Shown: in pieces, positions 1 to 8,786 of the stretch
Numbering within the stretch: the stretch's first letter is position 1
How the letters are laid out: each line of letters opens with the position of its first letter
Assembly: GCA_039809385.1 (NCBI GenBank)
Contig: JBDHUY010000019.1
Span: 1-28,326, forward strand
Reading direction: 5' to 3'
DNA length: 28,326 bases
Source of the DNA: Candidatus Altimarinota bacterium
Lineage (GTDB): Bacteria > Patescibacteriota > Gracilibacteria > JBDHUY01
Notes under the pieces: model-generated
The model's input: the letters and a program-made list of their open reading frames with translations, nothing else
Databases searched by the model: none
Told to the model about the DNA's origin: nothing
Made by a program: the position numbers and the translations under genes

Positions 1-154
1 TCTCAAAGAACGTCTCGGGCTCGTATCCACCCTCGCTCGAAGTGTCAACGGCTATTTAGCCCATTATATTCATGTCCTCTTCGGCTATTTCTTCTCCAAA
101 GCTATTTCGTAATTCAAGTTAGATATGTAAGTAGCCTTCCTTTTGTTGTTGTTC

Positions 155-961
155 TTATCTCCCGCGTTGTACCAATAAACTGCCCCCGAAAATCAATAAC
201 GAAATCACTACGATGCTTCCGCCGCTGGCCAGATCGAGGTAGTAAGAGGCGAATAGCCCGGCGACCACTGCGATTACCGAGAGAATAATTGCAAGGATCA
301 TGGTTCCCTTAAACCCCCGTTTAAACTGCATAGCGGTTATGACCGGAATGACCATGAGCGCGCCCACCAGGAGTGTTCCGACCACTCGGGTCGCGAGTGA
401 AACGGTGATCGCTGACAACAAGACCAGTACGAAATTTAATCGTTCGGCTTTGATGCCGCTGGCAATAGCCACCTCTTCATCCGCCGATACCATAAACAGC
501 TTGTTATACAGGAGCACAATACATGCGACGATTAATGTACCGCTAAGTGCCGTGATCCAAATGTCGGACCACGAGACAGTAGTGATAGAACCGAATAAAT
601 AGCTGAACAGATTCACATTTACTCCTTTGATCCAGGAGACCAGTAAGATAGCCAAAGCTAAGCTTCCCGACAAAAATAACGCCAAGACCGATTCGCCAAA
701 GAGTTTTTTACGAGTGCGCAAATATTCTATCCCCGCCCCGGCCAAAATTGCTGCCGCAATTGCTGTAATAAACGGATAGATCCGTGTAACCAAGCCGATC
801 GCGACTCCCAGCAGCGATACGTGTGCCAGGGTATCGGCCATCAACGAATAGCGTCGTACCACCAGAAATATACCGATCAAAGGTGCTACCACCGCGATAA
901 TCAGGCCTGCGATGAAGGCCCGGATCATGAAATCGAATGTAAAAATTTCCAACATAATCAA
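155..961 (-). CDS. znuB: Zn/Mn ABC transporter permease (ABC-3 family)
   Basis: 268-aa hydrophobic ORF with ABC-3 motifs 'LVVRRYSLMADTLAHVSLLG', 'SYLFGSI', 'DEEVAIASGI' and 'VGTLLVGALMVIP'. Same locus as znuA and znuC. Confidence 0.95.
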   Translation of the reverse strand: MIMLEIFTFDFMIRAFIAGLIIAVVAPLIGIFLVVRRYSLMADTLAHVSLLGVAIGLVTRIYPFITAIAAAILAGAGIEYLRTRKKLFGESVLALFLSGSLALAILLVSWIKGVNVNLFSYLFGSITTVSWSDIWITALSGTLIVACIVLLYNKLFMVSADEEVAIASGIKAERLNFVLVLLSAITVSLATRVVGTLLVGALMVIPVITAMQFKRGFKGTMILAIILSVIAVVAGLFASYYLDLASGGSIVVISLLIFGGSLLVQRGR

Positions 962-997
962 ACGTTCAAAGTGTAAAGGCAGATTCTTCCCCGCGGA

Positions 998-1027
998 GCA
1001 GATTCTTTGCTATCGCTCAGAATGGAC
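998..1027. repeat. Degenerate REP-like element (GATTCTTCGCTACGCTCAGAATGAC type)
   Basis: gcagattctttgctatcgctcagaatggac closely matches the copy at 10552-10579. The 10-mer gcagattctt is also duplicated at 979-988. Confidence 0.75.
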
Positions 1028-1028
1028 A

Positions 1029-1055
1029 GTAGCAGCAGACCCGTGTGTCTGCTGC
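1029..1055. repeat. GTAG-type REP-like hairpin
   Basis: GTAG overlapping the start of a perfect 9-bp stem: GCAGCAGAC-CCGTGT-GTCTGCTGC. Confidence 0.65.
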
Positions 1056-1208
1056 CCCGGAAAATCCGTTAACTACCAGGGATTAATGAGAAGTTCAAAA
1101 GGTTAAAGGTCCTATAATGTAGTTCAGCGAGAAGAAACTTTTCCGGGAGTAATGCGTAAAGATTTTAATATCGTAGCTTTAGACTATTCGCTGTATAAGC
1201 AATTCTCC

Positions 1209-2450
1209 TCACTCCCTTCTCCCACCCCCGTTCTCCAGCAGCTTTCTTTCCCGTTTCTTTGGGAGTGTCTGCTGCATGGTGCGAAATTTATCGGCTTCCA
1301 TATTGCCCCAGTACCAGGCGGCCAAAGCGGTGGTAATAGGCACTGCCAGCAAAAGGGCGGAACTTCCTACCAGAGTCCGTACGATCTCTTCGGCGATAAA
1401 TTCCCCATTTAAAATCACCCACAACGGCTGGGTCGAATTGATCGAAAATAATAAGAATAAGGGGAGGGACGCTCCGGCATAGGCCAGGGCCAGAGTATTG
1501 ATCAGCGAAGCGATATGCTCTTTGCCGATCTTGAGTCCGCGTCGGTAGAGTTCCGTCCATCCAAAAGAAGGACTGGCATCTTTGAGCTCAAAAATAGCCG
1601 CGCTTTGGGCGCTGGTGATATCGTCCAGAATTCCCAGCGTTCCGATGATCATACCGCTTAACAATAGTCCGCGTAAATCGATTTTGTCGAACGAGCCCAA
1701 TTGCAGAAAAAACGATTCTTCCGACCCCAGACCGAACAGCTTACTCCATGAAACAAACCATAAAGCCAGGATAATCGCCGTAGCAAGTGTGGCAAACGTA
1801 CTTACTACCGCCACGGTGGTTTTGCGGCTGATCCCGTGTGCCAGATACATGGAAACTAAAATGATAAGAATGGCACCGGCAAACGTTATCAGAAGGGGAT
1901 TTTGCCCATCTACCAGATTGGGAATGATGAACTGCGCCAGAACCAGAATACTGAACCCTAAGCCCAGAATCGAATTGAAGCCATGCCAGCGTCCGAAGAA
2001 GACCGCCACGCCGAAGAAAATTGCCAGGATCCACAGGATTGCCGGCAGGCGGTAAGGGTCCATAATGTAGTAGGGATTTTTCAACTCCGGATTATATCCC
2101 AGGACTACCGTTTCGCCCTCCTTGAGGTACTGCGAAGCTTCCAGCGAAGCTCCGCCGTATTCCAGACGGATGAGTTCGCCTTTCCTGTCTCCTTCTCCTA
2201 ACTTTATTTGTAGAATCTGATATTTTTGTTTTTGGCCGAAAATGTCGCGCTCGCCTTTTTCCAGTACATGCAGAACCTCTCCGGTCAAATAGGTATCGGG
2301 TTGGTCGGACATGGCGGTAGCTGTTTTAGCCGGACTGTCCGCATTGGTATTGCTATTTTCGTTTGCTGTCTGCGCATTTGTAGTAATGGGCAGAAAAAGC
2401 AGAGTGCAAAGCAGGAACAGACTTAGAATAAATCCTTTTTTCATATCCAA
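1209..2450 (-). CDS. YibE/F family membrane protein
   Basis: N-terminal signal/anchor, beta-rich extracellular region, multiple TM helices, and the family motifs 'GILDDITSAQSAAIFEL', 'HIASLINTLALAYAGASLP' and 'EEIVRTLVGS'. The start may be the ATG at 2444. Confidence 0.9.
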   Translation of the reverse strand: MDMKKGFILSLFLLCTLLFLPITTNAQTANENSNTNADSPAKTATAMSDQPDTYLTGEVLHVLEKGERDIFGQKQKYQILQIKLGEGDRKGELIRLEYGGASLEASQYLKEGETVVLGYNPELKNPYYIMDPYRLPAILWILAIFFGVAVFFGRWHGFNSILGLGFSILVLAQFIIPNLVDGQNPLLITFAGAILIILVSMYLAHGISRKTTVAVVSTFATLATAIILALWFVSWSKLFGLGSEESFFLQLGSFDKIDLRGLLLSGMIIGTLGILDDITSAQSAAIFELKDASPSFGWTELYRRGLKIGKEHIASLINTLALAYAGASLPLFLLFSINSTQPLWVILNGEFIAEEIVRTLVGSSALLLAVPITTALAAWYWGNMEADKFRTMQQTLPKKRERKLLENGGGRRE

Positions 2451-2462
2451 AGAACGTAAAGT

Positions 2463-3239
2463 TTAGCGGTCGTGGTGGTGAATAAATTTCATTTTTTTAC
2501 CGTAGAGTTCTTCCAGCGCGTTGCTCTGAAAAAAGTCCTCGGCGCTGCTGTGTGACACAAGCCGGCGATTCAAGCACAAAACCGATTCGACTTCTTTGGC
2601 GATCACGTCGACATCGTGCGAGACAAATACGATTGTCAGACCGATATCGCAATGCAACTGATCCAGAAAACGATAAAATTCTTCTTGAGAATGTATGTCG
2701 ACTCCCGTGGTCGGTTCGTCCAGGATCAGAACTTCCGGTTTTGTGGCCAATGCTCTGGCGATGAATACCCGTTGTTGTTCGCCTCCCGACAGATCGGATA
2801 CCCGTTTGTGCCGCAGAGGCAGGATATTGGTAATCTCCATCGCTTTTTCAACCGCCTCCCGATCTTCCCGGGTTTGCCTGTGCCAGAACGGGATATGACT
2901 TTTACGAGCTCCCCGTACAATCTCTTCCACCGACGCCGGGAAACCATTATACGCTGTGGCGCTTTTTTGCGGAACATACCCGATCTTTTGTTGGTCCCGG
3001 AATTGGTTTATCGAAACCCCGAATAGGTTAATATTTCCTTCGGTAAGGGGGATCAATCCCAGAATCAGCCGAAGCAGCGTGGTCTTGCCACCGCCGTTAG
3101 GGCCGATCAAACCTACATAGGCACCCGCTTCGATTTGAAAATTAAGATCTTCCAGTACCACTTTACCCTCGGTACGGTAAGAAACATGTTGGGCTTCGAT
3201 AATGGGATTTTTTTTTGGTGCAGTATGTTCCACGGGCAA
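2463..3239 (-). CDS. znuC: Zn/Mn ABC transporter ATP-binding protein
   Basis: Walker A GPNGGGKTT, 'IGYVPQ', signature LSGGEQQRV, Walker B ILDEPTTGVD, H-loop VSHD and a His-rich C-terminus. Confidence 0.95.
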   Translation of the reverse strand: MPVEHTAPKKNPIIEAQHVSYRTEGKVVLEDLNFQIEAGAYVGLIGPNGGGKTTLLRLILGLIPLTEGNINLFGVSINQFRDQQKIGYVPQKSATAYNGFPASVEEIVRGARKSHIPFWHRQTREDREAVEKAMEITNILPLRHKRVSDLSGGEQQRVFIARALATKPEVLILDEPTTGVDIHSQEEFYRFLDQLHCDIGLTIVFVSHDVDVIAKEVESVLCLNRRLVSHSSAEDFFQSNALEELYGKKMKFIHHHDR

Positions 3240-3308
3240 GAAAGATACTAACTAAAAACATGGAAACATAATAGATCAAACGTCATTCGCCCCTGTGCGC
3301 AAATGAGA

Positions 3309-3449
3309 GTTCAAGTTCAAACGTCAAAGCTCAATCCGCCGCGGTAGACAAAGTAGGTCCAAATATCAGATAACAAAAAATATGTATGAAGCTGTTGGGG
3401 GTTGGATAATGGGTTTTTTTTGGCATTGAGATTTTGAACTTTGGCATTC
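3309..3449. repeat. Degenerate heptamer tracts in inverted orientation
   Basis: gttcaa gttcaaa cgtcaaa gctcaat (3309-3335) faces tttggca ttgaga ttttgaa ctttggca (3419-3449). Confidence 0.55.
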
Positions 3450-3480
3450 TGTGGGGATGTTACCTCTTTAGTATGATATT

Positions 3481-4464
3481 TTAGCTTGGATCGCACTCTA
3501 ACGCTTTTTGTAAGGTTTTCAGGTTTTCCCGCATAATCGTGAAATACGTCTTGCCCTCTGCTTGTTCTGCCGGTGTCAGTCCTTCCAGCGGATTAAATAC
3601 GATGGTTTGAGTACCAGTTTCACTGGCGAGTGTTTCAGCCAGTTTGGGGCTTACCAGTGATTCCATCAGAATATACTTGATGTTGTTCCTGCGGGCAAGC
3701 AGGGTGAGACTGGCCAGGGTTTTGGGGCTTGGCTCGCCCTCGGGTGAAAGACCGCTGATACTTTCGACTGTAAGATTATAACGAGCGGCCAGATAATTGA
3801 AAGCGGCGTGTGAGCTGATTACCGTAGTTTGACGGCACGCAGAGAGGGATGCTCTGTAGGCCGCATCCAGTTCGGCTAGCGCTGTTTGTACCTTCTCCCG
3901 GTTGGACGCGTAAACGGAAGCGTTTTGCGGATCTTTCTCTTTCAAGGCCCGTTCCACTAAGGTAACTTGCTGTTTCATGAGAACCGGATCGAGCCAGATA
4001 TGCGGATCGGTCGTATGTTCGTCGCTTTCGTGTTCTTCTTCCGCTTCGCCTTCTTCGTGCTCATCGTGTCCCGCTCCTTCACGCAGCGTAACGCCTTCGC
4101 TTATTTTTACGATGCCGATGCCCCTTTCTTGCAGCTCCGGAGCTAGCTTTTCGGCCCACGGATCCAGTCCAGCTCCTAGATAAACGAGGATGTCGCTCGC
4201 ATATATCTTTTGAATATCTTGCGGTGTGGGCTCATAGTCGTGTGGTTCTATGCCATTGGGTACGATCGAAGTCACGGTAACAGCACTGCCGCCGATTTCC
4301 TGTGCCAAGAATTCCAGCGGGTAAAAACTGGCCACAATGTTGATCTTTTTGGATACAGTAGCATTCTCGTTTGGTCCGGCTATTGTATTTCCCGGTTTTT
4401 GTTGACACCCGGTGAGCAGGGTGAGGCAGGCCAGAATGGTAAAGGAAAGTGTTTTCGTTTTCAT
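3481..4464 (-). CDS. znuA: Zinc ABC transporter substrate-binding lipoprotein
   Basis: Lipobox LLTGC, 'EPHDYEPTP', His/Glu-rich loop 'GHDEHEEGEAEEEHESDEH', 'DPHIWLDP' and 'SHAAFNYLA'. The His-rich loop points to Zn rather than Mn. Confidence 0.95.
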   Translation of the reverse strand: MKTKTLSFTILACLTLLTGCQQKPGNTIAGPNENATVSKKINIVASFYPLEFLAQEIGGSAVTVTSIVPNGIEPHDYEPTPQDIQKIYASDILVYLGAGLDPWAEKLAPELQERGIGIVKISEGVTLREGAGHDEHEEGEAEEEHESDEHTTDPHIWLDPVLMKQQVTLVERALKEKDPQNASVYASNREKVQTALAELDAAYRASLSACRQTTVISSHAAFNYLAARYNLTVESISGLSPEGEPSPKTLASLTLLARRNNIKYILMESLVSPKLAETLASETGTQTIVFNPLEGLTPAEQAEGKTYFTIMRENLKTLQKALECDPS

Positions 4465-4536
4465 ATGAGTAGGGAAGTGAAAGTATCTAGTATTTGTCGT
4501 AATAAAATAGCGAGCCGATGGCTCTAAGCTGTTAGC

Positions 4537-4962
4537 TTATTGGCATTTGCGACACAGGCCGAAAAATTCGAGAGAGTGGCGCTGGATTTTAAACTTTTTT
4601 TCTTTCTGGATGCGTTTTTCTTCGTGAGTTAAATCGTTCGACAACTCTACATCTTCAACTTTTTCGCAGCTGATACAGATCAAGTGATGGTGGTGATCTT
4701 CTCCTACAAGCTCGTAGCGTTTTTTGTCTTCGCCCAAGTAGATACTTTTGACCATGTTCTGGCTTTGCAGAAATTCGATTTCGCGGTATACAGTGGTTTT
4801 ATTGACGATAATACCTGCTTCTTTGAGGCGTTCGATCAGCTCGGGAACAGCCAGAGGTTTCTCATTATGTGCTAGTATTTTCAGCATGGCGGAGCGAACT
4901 TTGGTGATACGATGGCCTCTGCTTCGCAAGAATTCGATAATCTGAACGGCAGTATAGTTCAT
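4537..4962 (-). CDS. zur: Fur-family transcriptional repressor, most likely Zur
   Basis: 'RITKVR', 'TTVYR', 'HHHHLICISC' and C-terminal 'GLCRKC' (two CxxC). Directly upstream of znuA. The start at 4962 (MNYT) is preferred over 4983 because of the promoter position. Confidence 0.85.
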   Translation of the reverse strand: MNYTAVQIIEFLRSRGHRITKVRSAMLKILAHNEKPLAVPELIERLKEAGIIVNKTTVYREIEFLQSQNMVKSIYLGEDKKRYELVGEDHHHHLICISCEKVEDVELSNDLTHEEKRIQKEKKFKIQRHSLEFFGLCRKCQ

Positions 4963-4988
4963 ATAAATCCATGATAGAAACATCTTTA

Positions 4989-5017
4989 TGTTTACGCAAA
5001 TAAGTTGCGGATGTCAA
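4989..5017 (-). promoter_or_regulatory. Putative sigma70 promoter with operator palindrome upstream of zur-znuA
   Basis: Minus strand reads TTGACA-TC-CGCAACTTATTTGCG-TAAACA: perfect -35, weak -10, with the imperfect palindrome CGCAA-N5-TTGCG in the spacer. Confidence 0.65.
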
Positions 5018-6699
5018 AGATTTTTTGTTTCATTGTTCTCAAATTCTTGCAGCAGTTTTTGCCAGGCCTCTTTGTATGAGTTGTTTCGTGAAGCATGATG
5101 GATCATCTGTGTTGCCATTCTAATACTATCAACTACTGCTGAGTGTCTATCCAATGAGTTCTTCTCAGTAGCTAGACAACCGCGTAAAAGAGATCCAGCA
5201 TTCTTGCCCGGGAGGGGCCATTGTTCCAGATCGATCATAATAGAAGGGTCAATCTGGAGTTCTTTTTGGGCGCAGGCCATAAATCCTGTATACATCATAT
5301 TTATCCCTTCTAGTACGCACCCCAAAACATCTGTTTTGAGTAATGCTATGTCAGTTTTTTCATCTAGATTTTTGCGCTCTTCTACCAAAATGCGGGAAGC
5401 GTGTTTCCCTAAAATAAACAACCAGGAACCGATCTCCTCATTTTTATACGAGCTATCGTTATTGGGATTCATAAATCCGCGAACAGCTTTGATCGACTCC
5501 AATAACCATTGAGTATAGATGCTTACTGCTTCTATGCGAACATTTTCTGGAACATTTTTGCGTAAGGCTAGTGTCAAGAGAATAAAGGCATCACAGCGCA
5601 GTTGTGGTTTTCCATCAGCTTTTATAGGAGGTGTGCTTTTTAAAATTGCTGACCATCGCTCTATAGAGGCAGTAGTCCTTGCAGGATCGGTATTAGCTTT
5701 GAGGAGGTATCGTTTCCCCTCTTCTACTTGATTGGGATCGTCCGTATGGATGAGCAAGACGTGGCAATCAGTTACCGTTTCGAGACCCAAGGAAAAACTG
5801 CCCCAAACCCAGTCAAAATCACGCCGTTTTCCTAATTGATCTATACAGACACCTTTTGCTCGTCGAATGGGAAATTCTGTGCTGTTAAGCGCTTTCAATA
5901 TTTGCTCTGAGGTTATACCTTCAGGGAATAAGAGAGTTTCAGTATAGGAAGTATGGATTCTGTTGTGATCAACGGTAGCCTGGCCCAACATTGCTCCCCT
6001 CTCATCATTTTTCTTTTTTCGTCCTAAAGAAACGAACGGAGCAGGAGACCTAACAAATACTGGTTGGGTAATTTTTTCTCTTGCCATTCTTATAATTTCA
6101 TCTACATTATTTGGATTGTTATGATCAAAAAATAATACAGGCGTATCATTGTTGGTCAGATTTGTTATTCTTTCCATGAATGCTTCTTTAATCCCTGCTA
6201 TAGAATCTCCTCTAGTAACTACAGCCATTTGAGCATGACGTAATTGTGAGGGGAGTAGTCCGTCACATATATCTAGCTCAAAATCTCGTGCATTGACCAT
6301 GGCTATGATACAATAACGAACACCAGCGATGGACAAAGCAACCGGGAGTTCATCTCCGTCTATCCCTCCTGATGGTTCGATGACGAGAGCGGTAGTTCCA
6401 CTTTTTTGGGCTATTTCTGCGATGGCAATAAGTTGATCCAAACTACTACAAGCAATACATCCGCTGGTAATCGTTTCTACAGGGACCCCGCTCTGTTCTT
6501 CAATGCGTTTTTTATCTGGATTCACAGCTCCGAAATCGTTCACTATGACCTTTGGCCGTTGACCATTGGGAAGTTGCCGGAGCAAATGATTTATTATAGT
6601 CGTTTTTCCTGCGCCAAAAGGACCAGTAACGACATAGGCGGTAACCCCACTCTCCCTACTTTGCTCTGCTGCGACATCTGAGGTAGCAGTTGTATTCAT
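5014..6699 (-). CDS. COG0523/CobW-family P-loop GTPase (metallochaperone) with long C-terminal extension
   Basis: 'TGPFGAGKTT', 'IVNDFG', 'GCIACS', 'IEPSG' and CobW_C-like 'IRRAKG', followed by about 230 aa of unrecognised helical sequence. Confidence 0.88.
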   Translation of the reverse strand: MNTTATSDVAAEQSRESGVTAYVVTGPFGAGKTTIINHLLRQLPNGQRPKVIVNDFGAVNPDKKRIEEQSGVPVETITSGCIACSSLDQLIAIAEIAQKSGTTALVIEPSGGIDGDELPVALSIAGVRYCIIAMVNARDFELDICDGLLPSQLRHAQMAVVTRGDSIAGIKEAFMERITNLTNNDTPVLFFDHNNPNNVDEIIRMAREKITQPVFVRSPAPFVSLGRKKKNDERGAMLGQATVDHNRIHTSYTETLLFPEGITSEQILKALNSTEFPIRRAKGVCIDQLGKRRDFDWVWGSFSLGLETVTDCHVLLIHTDDPNQVEEGKRYLLKANTDPARTTASIERWSAILKSTPPIKADGKPQLRCDAFILLTLALRKNVPENVRIEAVSIYTQWLLESIKAVRGFMNPNNDSSYKNEEIGSWLFILGKHASRILVEERKNLDEKTDIALLKTDVLGCVLEGINMMYTGFMACAQKELQIDPSIMIDLEQWPLPGKNAGSLLRGCLATEKNSLDRHSAVVDSIRMATQMIHHASRNNSYKEAWQKLLQEFENNETKNL

Positions 6700-6741
6700 A
6701 AGAAAATAATAAAAAGATATAATGTACCTGTTCCAAATAAT

Positions 6742-7827
6742 TTATAGTCCAGCTATTACTTCGCTGATTGTCGGGTACGCAATGCACATGGTATAATTCT
6801 GTTCTTCAGGTGAAAAGTTGTGCTCCCCACTCCCTTGCTGATCTAAGTAAAATTCGAACTTGCTGGGAATGACAATGACTTTCGCAGTATTTGGTCCGTC
6901 CATTTCGTTTAATGCCTTTATGGCAGCTACATCCGTAGGTAAGTCGCCAAAATAGAGGATAGTTTCCCCTGCTGGAATTGCTGCTCGAAACTGATGTAAT
7001 CGCGGCTTCCCACCAAGTACTGGATCGGCTGGAAAGATGCTGTCTGCAGACAGCATAGTTTCTCCGATAAAATCATGACGGGACAACAATGGAATCAGAC
7101 TGTCCTGAGAACGATTGCTGATAAGGCCAAATCCTTTGTTCTGTTTTTTACAGAATTTATTAAGTGCTCCTACAAGCTCTCTGGCTCCTACAAGCTCTTG
7201 TACTTGGGGCTCGAAGATTAGTAGATAGATGGCTAAATAAGCTTCAAACACAAATCGGGAAGTAATGCCGTTTTTTACATATCGTTCTCCAGAAATAGGT
7301 GATATATCTCCTGTTCTTCCGTTCAGCGCATATTCTTGCACATTCTGTTGAAGAATATGGATCAGCTCCTCGATTTTTTTCATATTTGTATTGCTCTTGT
7401 GGGGTGTATACTCTTGAACAAGCTTTTCAAACCGCTCGTACGCTTGTGGCAAATCGATTGGGCTAAACGGCAGAAAAGCTCCTCCGTACGCTCTAGAACT
7501 CATTCGAAAAATATCTTTTTCACTGATATGGGCAACGTCGCCTATGTCGTAGACGCCTTGTCGAAGTATTTTTAGAGATTCTGAAGCGACAAAAGGAACT
7601 CGTTGAAAAACACTAGAATTCTGCGAATAAAAGTTTTCTAAATTGTATAAAACATCAATCTTTTTAACTTCAGATACTTCAACATCGAAAACATGACGAA
7701 GTGTAAAGATGGCCGCATCGTTCATCTTTTCGGTATTGTCGAACAGAAATCCATCGTTGTCCAAGAAAATGTGTTGCTGTGATACTAGCCAATTCTTTAA
7801 TTTTTGAGCTGTGGTATTGTTCTTCAT
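6742..7827 (-). CDS. HAD-superfamily hydrolase with large cap insertion
   Basis: Motif I 'IFLDNDGFLFD', motif II 'LISNR', motif III 'GKP' and motif IV 'YFGDLPTDV'. The start overlaps the upstream stop (ATGA, 7824-7827). Confidence 0.8.
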   Translation of the reverse strand: MKNNTTAQKLKNWLVSQQHIFLDNDGFLFDNTEKMNDAAIFTLRHVFDVEVSEVKKIDVLYNLENFYSQNSSVFQRVPFVASESLKILRQGVYDIGDVAHISEKDIFRMSSRAYGGAFLPFSPIDLPQAYERFEKLVQEYTPHKSNTNMKKIEELIHILQQNVQEYALNGRTGDISPISGERYVKNGITSRFVFEAYLAIYLLIFEPQVQELVGARELVGALNKFCKKQNKGFGLISNRSQDSLIPLLSRHDFIGETMLSADSIFPADPVLGGKPRLHQFRAAIPAGETILYFGDLPTDVAAIKALNEMDGPNTAKVIVIPSKFEFYLDQQGSGEHNFSPEEQNYTMCIAYPTISEVIAGL

Positions 7828-8777
7828 GAATTATGTATTGCCAGTTGGGATAAATTTTTCTGGAAATATCTTGGTATGATTAGCGGCTTTTCGTAAGGTT
7901 TTATTCTTACCTTTCCGTTATGTTCTTGGAAATAGCAAGTTCCTCGTGAGGCTGATATCTCGATACCAGAATCGACCGGATAAATACATAATCGTGGCGT
8001 ACAAGTCTTGTGGGCATGCTGAGTTACTTGCCAGCCCCACTCCGGGTGTATGCCTTTACTTCTATGTATCTCGAAATGCGCTCTTGCTAGAAGCAGGTTT
8101 TCAAATTCTGATAACGTTCTGTCAGGAAAACATCGCAGAAATCTTTTTAGCAGGCTCTGTATCTGTGGCTGAGAAAGAATACTGTATGGGTTCATGTTTT
8201 CTATTTCTTTTCTGAACTTGTCTATCAGGCATTGTTTTTGTAAGGTTCTATCTTCCAGCCAGTCCATGATTGACACATTTTTAAGCATGGATTTACGCAG
8301 AATCATTCTGCAGTTTTGGCGATACTGTTCGATCTCAGCGAAGTTTATCAGTCCTCCTAGACTGAAGATACTTCCGTCAGAGATGACCCGGAAACGAAGG
8401 CCTGGTTTGTATAACACGGTCGATACCTTGCTAATCAAGTTCAGGTTCAAAAACATCAGCTGTTCTGACAGGTCAGGTTTGGTGATATCTGCACCTGTTT
8501 TGAAGGGAAGGTCGTAAAAAAATAATGAAAGCGGTTTATCAGCTTTTACCATGGGTTCGGCCCATTCACAGAACTGCTTTTCCACCAATAACTTTGCGGA
8601 GGATGACATACCATTTGGTCTGCGAATTTGCGTTGATTGTAAAAAACTCCAGATCACACGAACCGTTTCTTGTGCTGTAGTCATGGGTTTCTTCTTGCAA
8701 TCATGAGCATATTCAGCTAAACGTCGCTCTTTTTGACAGAGCCAAATAGTTAAAAACACATTCTCTTGGTGATACAT
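7824..8777 (-). CDS. Divergent PvcA/Dit1 (L-Tyr/L-Trp isonitrile synthase)-like protein
   Basis: Ordered motifs 'LPFKT', 'KPDLSE', 'YKPGLRFRVISDGSIFS' and 'YRQ' parallel the PvcA/Dit1 pattern FPxKS..LPDxAE..YPPG..CSDGxVF. The C-terminal motifs are poorly conserved. Alternative start at 8684. Confidence 0.65.
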   Translation of the reverse strand: MYHQENVFLTIWLCQKERRLAEYAHDCKKKPMTTAQETVRVIWSFLQSTQIRRPNGMSSSAKLLVEKQFCEWAEPMVKADKPLSLFFYDLPFKTGADITKPDLSEQLMFLNLNLISKVSTVLYKPGLRFRVISDGSIFSLGGLINFAEIEQYRQNCRMILRKSMLKNVSIMDWLEDRTLQKQCLIDKFRKEIENMNPYSILSQPQIQSLLKRFLRCFPDRTLSEFENLLLARAHFEIHRSKGIHPEWGWQVTQHAHKTCTPRLCIYPVDSGIEISASRGTCYFQEHNGKVRIKPYEKPLIIPRYFQKNLSQLAIHNS

Positions 8778-8786
8778 AGGAAAAAA

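Noticed and set aside
1-150. Gene start or RNA gene downstream of znuB (gctattt occurs three times)
   Set aside because: No supported start or ORF and no tRNA-like fold is visible; there is too little context at the window edge.
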